Shown: in pieces, positions 20,218-29,895 of the stretch
Numbering within the stretch: the first letter of the stretch is position 1
Layout of the letters: every line of letters starts with the position of its first letter
Source of the DNA: an uncultured delta proteobacterium
Lineage (GTDB): Bacteria > Myxococcota_A > Polyangia > Fen-1088
DNA length: 64,000 nt
Assembly: GCA_963796685.1 (NCBI GenBank)
Contig: CAWCMR010000005.1
Coordinates: 192,001-256,000 of the forward strand
Reading direction: 5' to 3'
Notes under the pieces: model-generated
The model's input: only the letters and a program-made list of their open reading frames with translations
Databases searched by the model: none
What the model was told of the DNA's origin: nothing
Position numbers and translations under genes: made by a program

Positions 20218-20445
20218 ATGCCCTACCATCTCATCTTGATGGCCATCACCAGCCAGATCCGCCCGTCACCAACCGTGGGAGAGATCGCCGTCGTGCACTG
20301 GCAAGCCGCCGGGCTGCTCAAGCCGTCTGTCATCAAGCCCCTACTCACTACCATCGAGGCCAGCCTGGTCATCCGTCAGCTCGGCAAGCTTCACGCCGAC
20401 GACCAAGACAGCCTACGCAAGGTTCTCGCTGCGGTCATCGGCTGA
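20218..20445 (+). pseudogene. PemK/MazF toxin with a 36-codon internal deletion
   Basis: 75 aa versus the 111-aa paralog at 29451; lacks the VPFPFTD...KKRPAVV segment. Confidence 0.8.
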
Positions 20446-20480
20446 CGGCCGTGCTGGTTAGACAGAAAACTGCCTTGAAG

Positions 20481-21033
20481 TCACTTCCTAGGGGATTTCT
20501 CGGGAAATTCTAGCAGCTCCAAGGGGGGCAGGCCCGCGTCGGCTCGTCGCGCTCGCATCTCTCTTGCCCGCTTCTCCAAAACCCCCTCGCCGGTCTGCGC
20601 CTGACGGGGAAGAATGTTGGGCGTTCGTCTGTCCACACGAGGACACGGAGGAGGTACTGTACCGACGCTGTCCCACGGTAGCGGCCGAACAGACCCGTCC
20701 GGCTCGATCTCCATCCGAAGCACGCCATCTCCGATGAAACCATCTACGTATACTTCATACTCGCCTGGGAGTCCCAACATAGATTTCGGTGTCCGCGACA
20801 TTGTAGTCGACGCCGTACGAATCGAGTATCGGTTGTACTTTTCTAACGACCCAATCCTGAAATTCTGCCTTCGGTAACCCCTCGTATTTGCCTGTCCCGA
20901 TTTCTCCGGTTTCTTCAATGTAGTCCCAGCCCGTCAAGTTCTTGGCAAGTGGATTTCCCCCGAGCGCCTTGTCTATAGCGGCCTTACATTGCCCATTGCA
21001 GTTGGGCGCATCATAAGGTCCACCCCCCTGCTG
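20481..21033 (-). pseudogene. Orphan RHS toxin tip 4; no start codon, probable frameshift near 20772
   Basis: Reads QQGGGPYDAPNCNGQCKAAIDKALGGNPLAKNLTGWDYIEETG... in frame from the core at 21023-21034; stops at 20755 or continues -EYEVYVDGF- after a shift in ACTCCCAGG. Confidence 0.6.
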
Positions 21034-21651
21034 TTACTTTACACCTCCATCTCGGCGAGTGTTCGAAGTAGGGCCGCTCGACGTACCGACAGATGTCGGC
21101 CTTGCGACAGATGAACTCTTGGCTCCACCAGCAGGCATCTCTAGCTTCAGGTTTCCGAGTTGGGAATCGAAGATTGATTCCGTGAAGCCAAAGATGTCGT
21201 CGTGCAAGGCCTCGACGACCCGCTCGTTGACGTCGAACTCCGCCACGCACCCTTCCGTCCTCCAGCAGTTGCCCCCCGGGACCTCCACACTGTGGTTAAT
21301 CGGAATCACCCATCCTGTGTAGCGCTTGGGAGAAATGATCCGGCACGTCGTCGCAGACCATGTGCGCTCGCCTTCACGGTCCAGAGCAAAGCGAGATCCC
21401 CCGAACTGCCGGAAACCGTTGTAGACAGCTTTGAGTCTTACGCGGGGCCCGGCGGCAATCCGTCGTCGTAGCTCAACCAAGTAATCGCGCGATCCTGGCG
21501 GGCTCGGCATCCCCTTCATCCATTCCAACTCCGACGCCGTCGTTCGACCGGCTCCCGCGCTCTCTGCGAATGCCTCCGAGAACATCAGAACGAATCCCAA
21601 GGCGATGGCGACAGACAACCGTGGTGAGAAGTTCATGGTCAGCCTCCTCAA
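21034..21651 (-). CDS. Putative exported immunity protein of tip 3
   Basis: TTGA overlap with the tip-3 stop; signal peptide ...MFSEAFA; lower GC. Confidence 0.65.
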   Translation of the reverse strand: MRRLTMNFSPRLSVAIALGFVLMFSEAFAESAGAGRTTASELEWMKGMPSPPGSRDYLVELRRRIAAGPRVRLKAVYNGFRQFGGSRFALDREGERTWSATTCRIISPKRYTGWVIPINHSVEVPGGNCWRTEGCVAEFDVNERVVEALHDDIFGFTESIFDSQLGNLKLEMPAGGAKSSSVARPTSVGTSSGPTSNTRRDGGVK

Positions 21652-22230
21652 TAGATCTGTGTAATGCTTGTCGGCGCAATCTGCCGATTGGTCAGGTTGC
21701 AGAGACTTCCAGACGCTGCCATTTGCGCGTTCAAGAATGACTCTATGCCCTGGTAGTTGATCTGCCCGCTACTGATCATACTCGGCAAGGGACCCAATGT
21801 AGCCTGAACGCCGCCAAAGGGCTGCAGCTTCATCGCAACATCGACGGTCGTCGCCCATGCCTCATACTCGGTCCCACCAAGCAGGTGAGTGTACTCGTGC
21901 ATGAATCCAATTACTGTACTTTCGGTCGATGCATTCTGGTTGATGTAGATGGCCGTGCGGTTTTCGCCGCCGTAGCGCGTCCAGGCAATGGCCTGATCCT
22001 TCACTATTACGGTCTTTCCGTCAGGTGTCTGAGCCACAACGTCACCTGGGTCGTATAGGTACACCTTGACGTTCTCATCCTGGAGAACTCCAATTGTACC
22101 GTCCGCACCAATCAGCCCAAGTCCCTTTCTGAGACTATCGCCCGTGACACTGTGCCTAAGAACATTCGGGGAGTTGTTGTCTACAGTGGTGCCTTTCGAA
22201 TCGAACGGTAGGTCGCCCCCCTGCTGTGTT
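21648..22230 (-). CDS. Orphan RHS toxin tip 3, HExxH metallopeptidase-like
   Basis: Begins TQQGG at the core; FMHEYTHLLGGTEYEA motif; the ORF is open upstream to 22454. Confidence 0.7.
22216..22230. repeat. Putative att core CCCCCCTGCTGTGTT
   Basis: Identical 15-mers at 22216, 31090 and 39855; a 12-bp version at 21023. Confidence 0.9.
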
Positions 22231-22669
22231 TGGTCGCCCCACCGCGTCTCCACCGTAAACCAAGGCATTTCCCTGATGCCTTCCGCAGGCTTACGCCGCT
22301 TCGGCCGGGGTGCGACCTGCCGAAAATTTGTCGCGAGGCCCAGACGTGCGTTTTCGGATCTGCAACACCTCGGCCGAGGGCGCGTGCTGGCGCACCGACG
22401 GGTGTTCCCCGTCGAGACTTCTTTTTTAGCTGCCTGCTGCTGAGCCAGGACCATCGTGGTGCTGCCGATTCTACCGGGAAGGGCGATTAAGGGAAGGAAG
22501 TCGCCAAGACCGACGGTGGCGCCGGCGAGACGCGCGGCGAGCCCGTCGCCAGCGAGCCAGCGGCGAGCCGGCCCCAGATGGTCGGGCCTCCGACGGTCGT
22601 GTAGAGTTCAAGGCCCAATACTTCTCCCAACGACGGGCAGCTTCCGGTAGAAATGAAGGCACGGCGACC

Positions 22670-22894
22670 ATGCCACCGCTTCCCATCATCTCCGGCGCTG
22701 ACTGCATTCAGGCTCTGCGAAAATTTGGATACGAGTTCGCCCGGCAGAATGGCAGCCACGTGCGCTTGGTGTGTCCCGGACGGATGCCCGTGACCGTACC
22801 GATGCACAAGCCGATCAAGCGCGGGACCCTGCGATCGATTCTCCGCACTGCCGAGATCGAGGTCGAGGTATTCGTGACCGCGTTACGTCGCTAG
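22670..22894 (+). CDS. hicA: HicA-family toxin
   Basis: ALRKFGYEFARQNGSHVRL...VTVPMH..IKRGTLRSILR. Confidence 0.9.
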   Translation: MPPLPIISGADCIQALRKFGYEFARQNGSHVRLVCPGRMPVTVPMHKPIKRGTLRSILRTAEIEVEVFVTALRR

Positions 22895-23109
22895 ACCGCG
22901 ACCTTCGTGATCTCGATTTGGCCCGGCAGCGTCCAGCCTTCGGCTGCCTGATTTTCAAGGCACAGCTCGATGGCTTCGCGGATGTTGGCCAGGGCCTCGT
23001 CCCGGGTGTCGCCCTGGCTGATGCAGCCTGGGATCACAGGACACTCGACGACAAAACCGCCATCTTCGTCGGGCGTCAAAATCACGGGCAGTTCATGCGC
23101 GGTGGCCAT
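22891..23109 (-). CDS. hicB: HicB-family antitoxin (short, no DNA-binding domain)
   Basis: DEDGGFVVECPVIPGCISQGDTRDEALANIREAIEL. Confidence 0.9.
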   Translation of the reverse strand: MATAHELPVILTPDEDGGFVVECPVIPGCISQGDTRDEALANIREAIELCLENQAAEGWTLPGQIEITKVAV

Positions 23110-24187
23110 GGGCCTAGTCTACCAGATTCTGGGACCAGGTCTTGGAGGGGAGCGGACCGACGATTGCCGGCGGCGAGCGCAGCGAGCCGCCTGTGCAATC
23201 GGCGGGACGCGAGCCGGGCGAGATGATGACCCTGTTCATGCTGATCGTCGAGGCGGAGGGCGCAAGCGGGAGCGGCAGAGGCGCCGTGGCCGGCGCCGGA
23301 GCCGCGGTGCCCAAAGAGCGCGCCGTCGGCCGAGGCACGATGCCTGCCCCTCGCCAGCCGGGCCCCGCACACGCGTGCAATGCACGCTGCAGGACGGCTC
23401 GGCCGCCGGACCGGGGCCCGTGGTCCGGCGCCGTTTCCCCCTAGGCGGAGCGGGCGGCGCCGTCCGCGGCGCTCAGATCGCCCGCGTAGCCAGAGCGCCC
23501 CTCCCCTTTGGGGATTCCTTAAAAAAAGGGGGTGCCAGGGGAGGGGTGTCCAGAGGGGAGGGGCGCGGCGGGGGAAACGGCGGCCAAAGCGTGCTTGCAC
23601 GCGTGTGCGTAAGGGGCCCGGCGTCGACCGTGGCGCGATGTCGGCGCCAGGCGCGCGCCGTGGTTTTGTGCACGATCGCCGCGCTGGCGAGCGAGAGCTG
23701 TCGTCGCCGCTTTCCCGGATGCAGCGACCATGCCGAGGCGTCCGATGCGAGCACAAGTTGACCGCCGCTGCGTCCCCGATGGCACTTGCGAGCGAGGCGC
23801 CGCGGCATGGGAGCGTCTACCGTGTGCCGCCGCTTTCTCCGATGGAGTCGCGCGCGCGTGCGCCCGGCAGGGGGCACGCGCGCACGACGGGGCTCGGGCG
23901 AAGATCGCGGCGCTGAGCGCCTGCACGATGGAGTGGACTGGGCCTTGCCAGCGCGAGCGCGGCGCTGGCCGGCGCTCATGTCCCGCGCACCCGCGCGCGA
24001 GCGCGTGCAAGGACCAGGACGCGGTGACCTCGGCACGGATCGCGGCGCTGCGAGCCTCGCACCACCCCGATGGAGCGGGCGCCCGTGCGGTCGCAGCTTG
24101 AGGAAATGCTGTGGCCCAGCTGAAGGTGGAGCGACGGCACGGGCGCCCGCGGGGCCGCAGGCACGGAGCGCGGCTCCCAGCCGCGGC

Positions 24188-24541
24188 TCAAGCGTGGCCA
24201 GATTGCCGCCGCTGGATCACGGTCTCGGTCTCGGCAAGCCACGCCTCGATGGCATCACCACCACCTTGTCCCGCCGCGATCATCAGCTTGCCCAGCATCA
24301 CCAAGCTCGTGCCGTCCAAGTTGTAAAAGACCTCGCCCACGGTCACGTGGCTGCAAGCGGTCCACAACGACCACGCCACCAGCAGCAGCAAGCGCTCGCC
24401 ACTCGACAATGGCCCGCCGCCGTGTTCTGCCAGATCCCTGGCCAGCACCGTCGGTCCCGCGTCGGTCCACAGCTCGGTCAGCCGAGCTCGAGCACAGAAT
24501 GCCCGGCACACCCGCGAAAGTTGCGACTCTGAGCTAAACAC
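24188..24541 (-). CDS. Conserved small element protein downstream of the recombinase
   Basis: Overlaps the xer 3' end; homolog at 33093..33443 keeps the frame. Confidence 0.7.
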   Translation of the reverse strand: MFSSESQLSRVCRAFCARARLTELWTDAGPTVLARDLAEHGGGPLSSGERLLLLVAWSLWTACSHVTVGEVFYNLDGTSLVMLGKLMIAAGQGGGDAIEAWLAETETVIQRRQSGHA

Positions 24542-25592
24542 GATCGTCCTCCTCCTCGCCGGACTCGGCGGCTAAAGTAGAAAGCAATTCCTCGGCGTCC
24601 TTCTCGCTGACCGCCGGCTTCTGGCCAGATTCCCGTCGACCGAGATGCGCCCCGGGGTGGGTCAGCTCGTGCACTTCCTTCAGCTTCTTGATCGATACCA
24701 GGGTGTAGATGCTCGTCGTCTCCAGGCTCGCGTGCCCTAGCATCGCCTGGATGAAGCGGATGTCCGCCCCGCTTTCCAGCATCAAGGTGGCCATCGTGTG
24801 ACGGAAAAGATGGCAACTCCCCACCTTGCCGATTTTCGCCTGCTCGATGTAGCCCCGCACGATGTCCGTCAGCGTGTGCGGCATGAAGCCGTTCCCGAGG
24901 TGCGAGATAAACAGCACGCCCTCGTCCGGCTCCACCACGTCCTTGGGCCGTACCTCGACGAGGTACTTTTCGATCCAGGAAAGCGCACGCTCGCCGATGG
25001 GCACCACACGATCTTTCCGGCCCTTCCCGAGCCGCACCATCAGCGTGCCGGCCTCTGGCTGCACGTCGTAGATCCCAAGCCTGACCAGCTCGCTCCGCCG
25101 GATCCCTGTCGAATACAGCGTCTCCAGCATCGCCCGGTCTCGGATCCCGCTTGGTTTCGTCACGTCCGGCAAGCTCAGGACGTGTTCCACCTCGGCGATG
25201 GTCAGCACGTCCCGCGGCAGCCGCCGATCCAGCCGAGGCAGATCGATCTCAGAAGCCGGATTGAAAAGGATCATGTTCGACTTCGCCATCCACTTGAAGA
25301 AGGCCAGCACCGCCGCCAGCCGCTTGTGTTGCGAGGCGATGGTCAGCGGCTTACCGAGCTTCGTCCGGTAGTAGAAGAGCCAGCGCTGGTAGCGCTCCAA
25401 GATCGGCCGCGTGACCTCCGTCGGGTTGCGCAGGCTGCGCTCTTCGCACCAATTGAAGAAAGCCCGCAGGTTGCCCTCGTTCCACTCGATGGTTCCCGGC
25501 GAAAAGTGCTTCGCCCGCCGCATGTCCAGAAACTCGGCAGCTCGTGCCCCGAGCGTCCCGTAGCTTGCAAGCTCGCGCAGTTTCCTGGCCAT
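24534..25592 (-). CDS. XerC/D-like tyrosine recombinase (element B)
   Basis: Full catalytic set: TGIRRSEL (R), GKGRKDR (K), HLFRH, LGH, TTSIY. Confidence 0.95.
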   Translation of the reverse strand: MARKLRELASYGTLGARAAEFLDMRRAKHFSPGTIEWNEGNLRAFFNWCEERSLRNPTEVTRPILERYQRWLFYYRTKLGKPLTIASQHKRLAAVLAFFKWMAKSNMILFNPASEIDLPRLDRRLPRDVLTIAEVEHVLSLPDVTKPSGIRDRAMLETLYSTGIRRSELVRLGIYDVQPEAGTLMVRLGKGRKDRVVPIGERALSWIEKYLVEVRPKDVVEPDEGVLFISHLGNGFMPHTLTDIVRGYIEQAKIGKVGSCHLFRHTMATLMLESGADIRFIQAMLGHASLETTSIYTLVSIKKLKEVHELTHPGAHLGRRESGQKPAVSEKDAEELLSTLAAESGEEEDDRV

Positions 25593-28500
25593 CAGTTCAC
25601 CTTGGCCGCGGCTGCGAGTACGACGGGCACATCAGGGTACGATGCGATTTTGGGCTCTACCCCCCTATGTGCTGTTTTCGGGTCAAAACGCCCGTTTTCA
25701 CCATTTCCATCGGGAATTGCAGCCGAAAGCTCACCCCGACCACCCCCCGACACCCCCCCGACTTCGGCCCGACTTGGCCCCGACTTCTTTGCCTCCAGCC
25801 CCGACCACCCGGCCAATACCCCCGACTTCTTTTCGTCGTACCCCAAGCTTCCAGGCTCGATCAGCCCAGACAGAAACGGCGTCCCGTCCTTGCCCTTGCC
25901 ATCATAGGCCAGCTCGTAGACAAAGCCCTGGCCCCGACTCCCGCGGTGCACCGCCAGGTATTCCAGATCTTCCAGGCGCCCAAGGTGGATCTTGAGCTGC
26001 GTGTTCCCCCAGCCGGTCGCGTCCCGCACCTCCCGCCGGCTGAAACGAAAATCCTTCCGCTCCATGCCCAGCCGCTGGCACTCCGCCGTCACGTACGCAT
26101 CTACCAGCAGCAAAAGCCGCCGCGTCTGCGGTGGCAGCTCGTCGAGCGATCGCCCAAGCACCTGGTCGGCCAGGCGGTTTGCCACCGAAATATCATCGAG
26201 AGTGACCTCGATGTACTCGATGGCCTGCACGTCCTGCTGTGCGGTCTTCACCGGCCGTTGATGCTGGTGGAGCAGTGCCACCGTCTCGATCAGCGTCAGG
26301 TATTTCATGTGGTCCCGTCGCGTTCGCGTCTGCCGATCTACAAACGTGAGGTCACGGGCATAGGGGTTCACCACCATCAGCGGACGCAGCAGGCGCTGCG
26401 CGTTCCGGTGGACCTTCAGCACGTCCTTCTTCCCCGCCCGTGCCAGCCGTCCCTCCAGCGTGTGTGCTTCGCGCTGGATCTTGTGAATGGCCTGCGTCTG
26501 CTCCCGGTCTTCGTCGACGGTCAGCACCAGGCACCGATTCAAAAGCTCCTCGTCGATCTCGATCGCCGTCGTGGTCAGAAAGATCATCACCGGTCCCTCG
26601 ACCCGGTATTCGTGCGTGATCAGCTTGCCGCTCTCTGGATCTTTGCCAGTGGATGCGATGGTCAGCTCGCCTTCGCTCTGCAAGACCTTCAGTGCGTACG
26701 AGGCCCGCGAGGCGCCTTCTTCCTCGACGATGGCGAGGATCTTGTGTTTCAGATTCGTCTCGCCCATGTAGAAGAGCGACTGTCCAGTCATCGCCGCGTA
26801 CTTCACCCGCTCTTCCTCGGGCACGAAGGCCAAGACCGCTTCCATCAGCGACGATTTCCCCGCTGCCGACGACGACTGGATCACCACCGCCAGGGGATCT
26901 TCCAGCTTGCGCGACACCGCCGCCAGGTAGCCGACGAGCTTGTTGGTTTCCTCGCCCACCACCCCGCAGCGACGGAAATCTTCGAGGATCCGATCGAGCA
27001 GCCGAGGATCTTTCAGCAGTGCCAGCGCCGCCGCCGTCTCCTCGTCGCTGAGCCGCACCGTCGTGTCTTTCGGCGCCAGTGCAGCCCGAATCTGCTGGTC
27101 TTGTAGTTGTTCCAGCTTCAGCAGCACCTTGCCCAGATCGGCCTTGATCACATCCTCAGTCACGCCAATCTCAAGCGCAGCCTGTTTCACGTAGATCGCG
27201 CGCTGTCGGGCGCCGTACACGTCCAAGGTGTCGACGTGGAAATGCTCGCCGCGACCGACGTGCAGGTTCACCTTCAGTGAGTCGAAGGCCGTGTTCTTCG
27301 CCAGGCCACGCACCCGATAACGACGGTCGCCGAAGCAAAAAATCACGTCTTCGCCCTGATGTTCGCACGGCACGTCTGCCACCGACACAGCCTCGGGCGC
27401 CGTCGTTTCTAAGATCGTCACCGGTGGTGGCTCCAGCGTGGCCTCCGTAGTAGGCGGGGGCTCAGCGTTGGCGGCTAAAGGAAGAGGGGCCGCCACGACT
27501 TCCGACTGCGGCGCTGGCGCCGCCGTGTCCACGGTGAGTTCGCGTTTTTCGCCCTTGCCCATGAAGACCGCGCTTTTCAGCGCCAGTTCCAGCGACTTCG
27601 CGGCCGGCGTCACCTTGCATGCGTATTCGTTCGCGTCCATGTCGCGAGGAAATTGCACGCGGTAGCACGAGATGCCCGCAGCCATCATCTGTGCGGCCAC
27701 CTTCTCCGCGCCACGCTCGCCGGCTTCGTCACGGTCAAACGCGATCAGCACCTGCGTGGTCCCGTAGCGCTTGAAGGCTGCCAGATGCTCGGCAATCGGG
27801 CTTTCCACCCCATAGATCGAGGTGACGTTGCGGAAGCCGTGGCACCAGAAGGTCAGGGCATCGATCAGCGCCTCGCACAGGATGATCGACTTCGACACCC
27901 GCAAGGCTTCCCAGTTGAAGATCCCTCGGTGCGGGCCGGGCAGATACATATGCAGGGGCGTTCCCTCGCGCAGCCCTGCTGTGATCTTCCGCCCGTACAT
28001 CCCCGCCACGTTTCCTTCTTCGTCGAAGATCGGGATCACCACCGAGCCGGTCATGTGCTCGTGCCCGCTCTCCCGCAAAATTCCCAGCTTCTGTAGCCGC
28101 CCCCGGATCTCGCTGCCGGCCTTCCACGCCCGCATCGGCAAGCGCAGCCCCAGCGTCCGGTTGGCGAAGCCCAGCTTAAAGCGGTCGATCATCTCCGACG
28201 ATTGCAGCCCCCGCCCTTCCAGGTACTTCACCGCCTCCGGGCTCTGCTTCAGCGTCTCGTGGTAGTAGCCCACCACCTGCGCCATGATCTCCCGGTCATC
28301 CGCATCCGCCTGCACAGGCGCCGCCAGTTTCCGGATCGTCGCCGTCTTCACCACGTTCGTCGACGGCGACGTCAAAGGCAGATCGGCCCGCAGCAGTTCC
28401 ACCGCGTGCCGAAAGGAAACGCCCTCGGCCTTCATCACCCAGTCGATCACCGACCCGCCCACCTGGCAGGCACCGAGGCAGTGCCAAAGGTTCTTCCGAG

Positions 28501-28660
28501 AGCTGATCACCAGCGACGGCTTCTTGTCGTCGTGAAACGGACACAGGCCAATCAAGTCCGCCCCCTGCCGCTTCAGTACCACGCCCCGTGCCTCCGCCAG
28601 CCGCTGCACCGACACCTCGGACTTCAGCTTCTCGATCTCGGACTCCGGGATTCGGGCCAC
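25592..28660 (-). CDS. CHC2 zinc-finger/Toprim DNA primase fused to a P-loop ATPase and wHTH (element B)
   Basis: CPFHDD..WHCLGAC, LCEALIDAL, AFDRD, SSAAGKSS Walker A, IVEEEG. Confidence 0.92.
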   Translation of the reverse strand: MARIPESEIEKLKSEVSVQRLAEARGVVLKRQGADLIGLCPFHDDKKPSLVISSRKNLWHCLGACQVGGSVIDWVMKAEGVSFRHAVELLRADLPLTSPSTNVVKTATIRKLAAPVQADADDREIMAQVVGYYHETLKQSPEAVKYLEGRGLQSSEMIDRFKLGFANRTLGLRLPMRAWKAGSEIRGRLQKLGILRESGHEHMTGSVVIPIFDEEGNVAGMYGRKITAGLREGTPLHMYLPGPHRGIFNWEALRVSKSIILCEALIDALTFWCHGFRNVTSIYGVESPIAEHLAAFKRYGTTQVLIAFDRDEAGERGAEKVAAQMMAAGISCYRVQFPRDMDANEYACKVTPAAKSLELALKSAVFMGKGEKRELTVDTAAPAPQSEVVAAPLPLAANAEPPPTTEATLEPPPVTILETTAPEAVSVADVPCEHQGEDVIFCFGDRRYRVRGLAKNTAFDSLKVNLHVGRGEHFHVDTLDVYGARQRAIYVKQAALEIGVTEDVIKADLGKVLLKLEQLQDQQIRAALAPKDTTVRLSDEETAAALALLKDPRLLDRILEDFRRCGVVGEETNKLVGYLAAVSRKLEDPLAVVIQSSSAAGKSSLMEAVLAFVPEEERVKYAAMTGQSLFYMGETNLKHKILAIVEEEGASRASYALKVLQSEGELTIASTGKDPESGKLITHEYRVEGPVMIFLTTTAIEIDEELLNRCLVLTVDEDREQTQAIHKIQREAHTLEGRLARAGKKDVLKVHRNAQRLLRPLMVVNPYARDLTFVDRQTRTRRDHMKYLTLIETVALLHQHQRPVKTAQQDVQAIEYIEVTLDDISVANRLADQVLGRSLDELPPQTRRLLLLVDAYVTAECQRLGMERKDFRFSRREVRDATGWGNTQLKIHLGRLEDLEYLAVHRGSRGQGFVYELAYDGKGKDGTPFLSGLIEPGSLGYDEKKSGVLAGWSGLEAKKSGPSRAEVGGVSGGGRGELSAAIPDGNGENGRFDPKTAHRGVEPKIASYPDVPVVLAAAAKVN

Positions 28661-28813
28661 AGCGCGCCTCCCTTCAAAATCCTGTCAAGTGGAAGATACT
28701 TGTTTTTACCAGTTCCATCGACTCGCCTAGATGGTACTAGTATAATGGTATTTATGCAAGCGCTAATTTCACCATCGGGGCCTGGTCCCGAAATTCGGCC
28801 TTACGATCTGGGC

Positions 28814-29179
28814 ATGCCACAGAGAGCCCCGAAGACCCGGCCAGCCGAGGGCGAGCGCTTGGCCGACCTACGTCGCGCCGCCGGCCTAACCCAAGTCGAG
28901 TTCGCCAAGCTCGTCGGCGAAACCCAGCAAAACATCACCTTCTGGGAGCACAGCGACAAGCCACCACGCTCCGACGTCCTGCCCAAGATGGCCAAGGTCC
29001 TCGGCTGCTCCGTTGAGCAGCTCCTCGGCATCTCACCGCTCGCCGATCGTCGCCCAGGCCCCGTTGGGAAGACCCAACGGGCGTTCGAGGAGGTCGCACG
29101 CCTCCCGCGTTCTCAGCAGGACAAGATCGTCGAAATCGTCGAGGCCCTCGTCGACCAGTACAGACGCAAGGCTAGCTGA
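28814..29179 (+). CDS. XRE-family HTH repressor (element B)
   Basis: RLADLRRAAGLTQVEFAKLVGETQQNITFWE; TATAAT at 28741 upstream. Confidence 0.88.
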   Translation: MPQRAPKTRPAEGERLADLRRAAGLTQVEFAKLVGETQQNITFWEHSDKPPRSDVLPKMAKVLGCSVEQLLGISPLADRRPGPVGKTQRAFEEVARLPRSQQDKIVEIVEALVDQYRRKAS

Positions 29180-29232
29180 TGTTGGCGTGCAGCCCGATCC
29201 TTCCTCGGACATCATAAGATCAGGAGACCATC

Positions 29233-29436
29233 ATGCCTGCTACCGCACGTGACCTGCTGTTTGAAAAGATCGATAGACTTCCACCGGCCCGCGTGGCCGA
29301 GATCGAGGATTTCGTCGACTTCCTCGCCTCGCGAGACACCGATCGCGAGCTGGCCCACGCTGCCACCGCAGCGGCCGTGCCTGCCTTTGCCAAGGTCTGG
29401 GACAATCCCGAGGACGACGTCTACAACGACATCTGA
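29233..29436 (+). CDS. DUF2281-like antitoxin
   Basis: AGGAG RBS; LPPARVAEIEDFVDFL; precedes a PemK-like toxin. Confidence 0.78.
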   Translation: MPATARDLLFEKIDRLPPARVAEIEDFVDFLASRDTDRELAHAATAAAVPAFAKVWDNPEDDVYNDI

Positions 29437-29450
29437 AAGTCGATAGCACC

Positions 29451-29786
29451 ATGCCCTACCGCTTCGGAGACGTCATCGTCGTTCCCTTTCCCTTCACCGA
29501 CCAGTCCGCCACCAAGAAGCGCCCCGCCGTCGTCGTCAGCTCCGAGGCGTATCACCGCGAGCGGCCCGACCTGATCCTGATGGCCATCACCAGCCAGGTG
29601 CGGCCTGCGCCCACGGTTGGCGAGGTCGCTGTCCTGCACTGGCAAGAGGCCGGCTTGCTCAAGCCTTCGGTCATCAAACCCCTGCTCACAACTATCGAAA
29701 CAAGCCTCGTCCTCCGCCAACTCGGCACCCTTCACGCCGATGACCAAGCCAGCCTACGCAAAGTCATTGCCGAAATTCTCGGATGA
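29451..29786 (+). CDS. PemK/MazF-family toxin
   Basis: GDVIVVPFPFTD...KKRPAVVVS...MAITS...GLLKPSVI. Confidence 0.9.
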   Translation: MPYRFGDVIVVPFPFTDQSATKKRPAVVVSSEAYHRERPDLILMAITSQVRPAPTVGEVAVLHWQEAGLLKPSVIKPLLTTIETSLVLRQLGTLHADDQASLRKVIAEILG

Positions 29787-29895
29787 CAGTGGCCTTCAGG
29801 CCACGCCATCCAGTAGTGCCCATCATCGCCCGCTCCGAGCTCCAGGCCCTTGCAGTCAAGCAGGCCCAGAGCACCCAGCAGAAGACGAAATAGTA

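Larger units (their letters stand above)
19220..22230 (-). mobile_element. Truncated third RHS-tip element (element C) with two orphan toxin tips
   Basis: Same order as elements A and B: core, tip, immunity, TA, HTH, primase start; cut off at REP repeats. Confidence 0.75.

Noticed and set aside
24534-25592. Chromosomal xerC/xerD or an integron integrase
   Set aside because: It is duplicated within element backbones, lacks an evident IntI-specific insertion, and no attC-type cassette sites were seen
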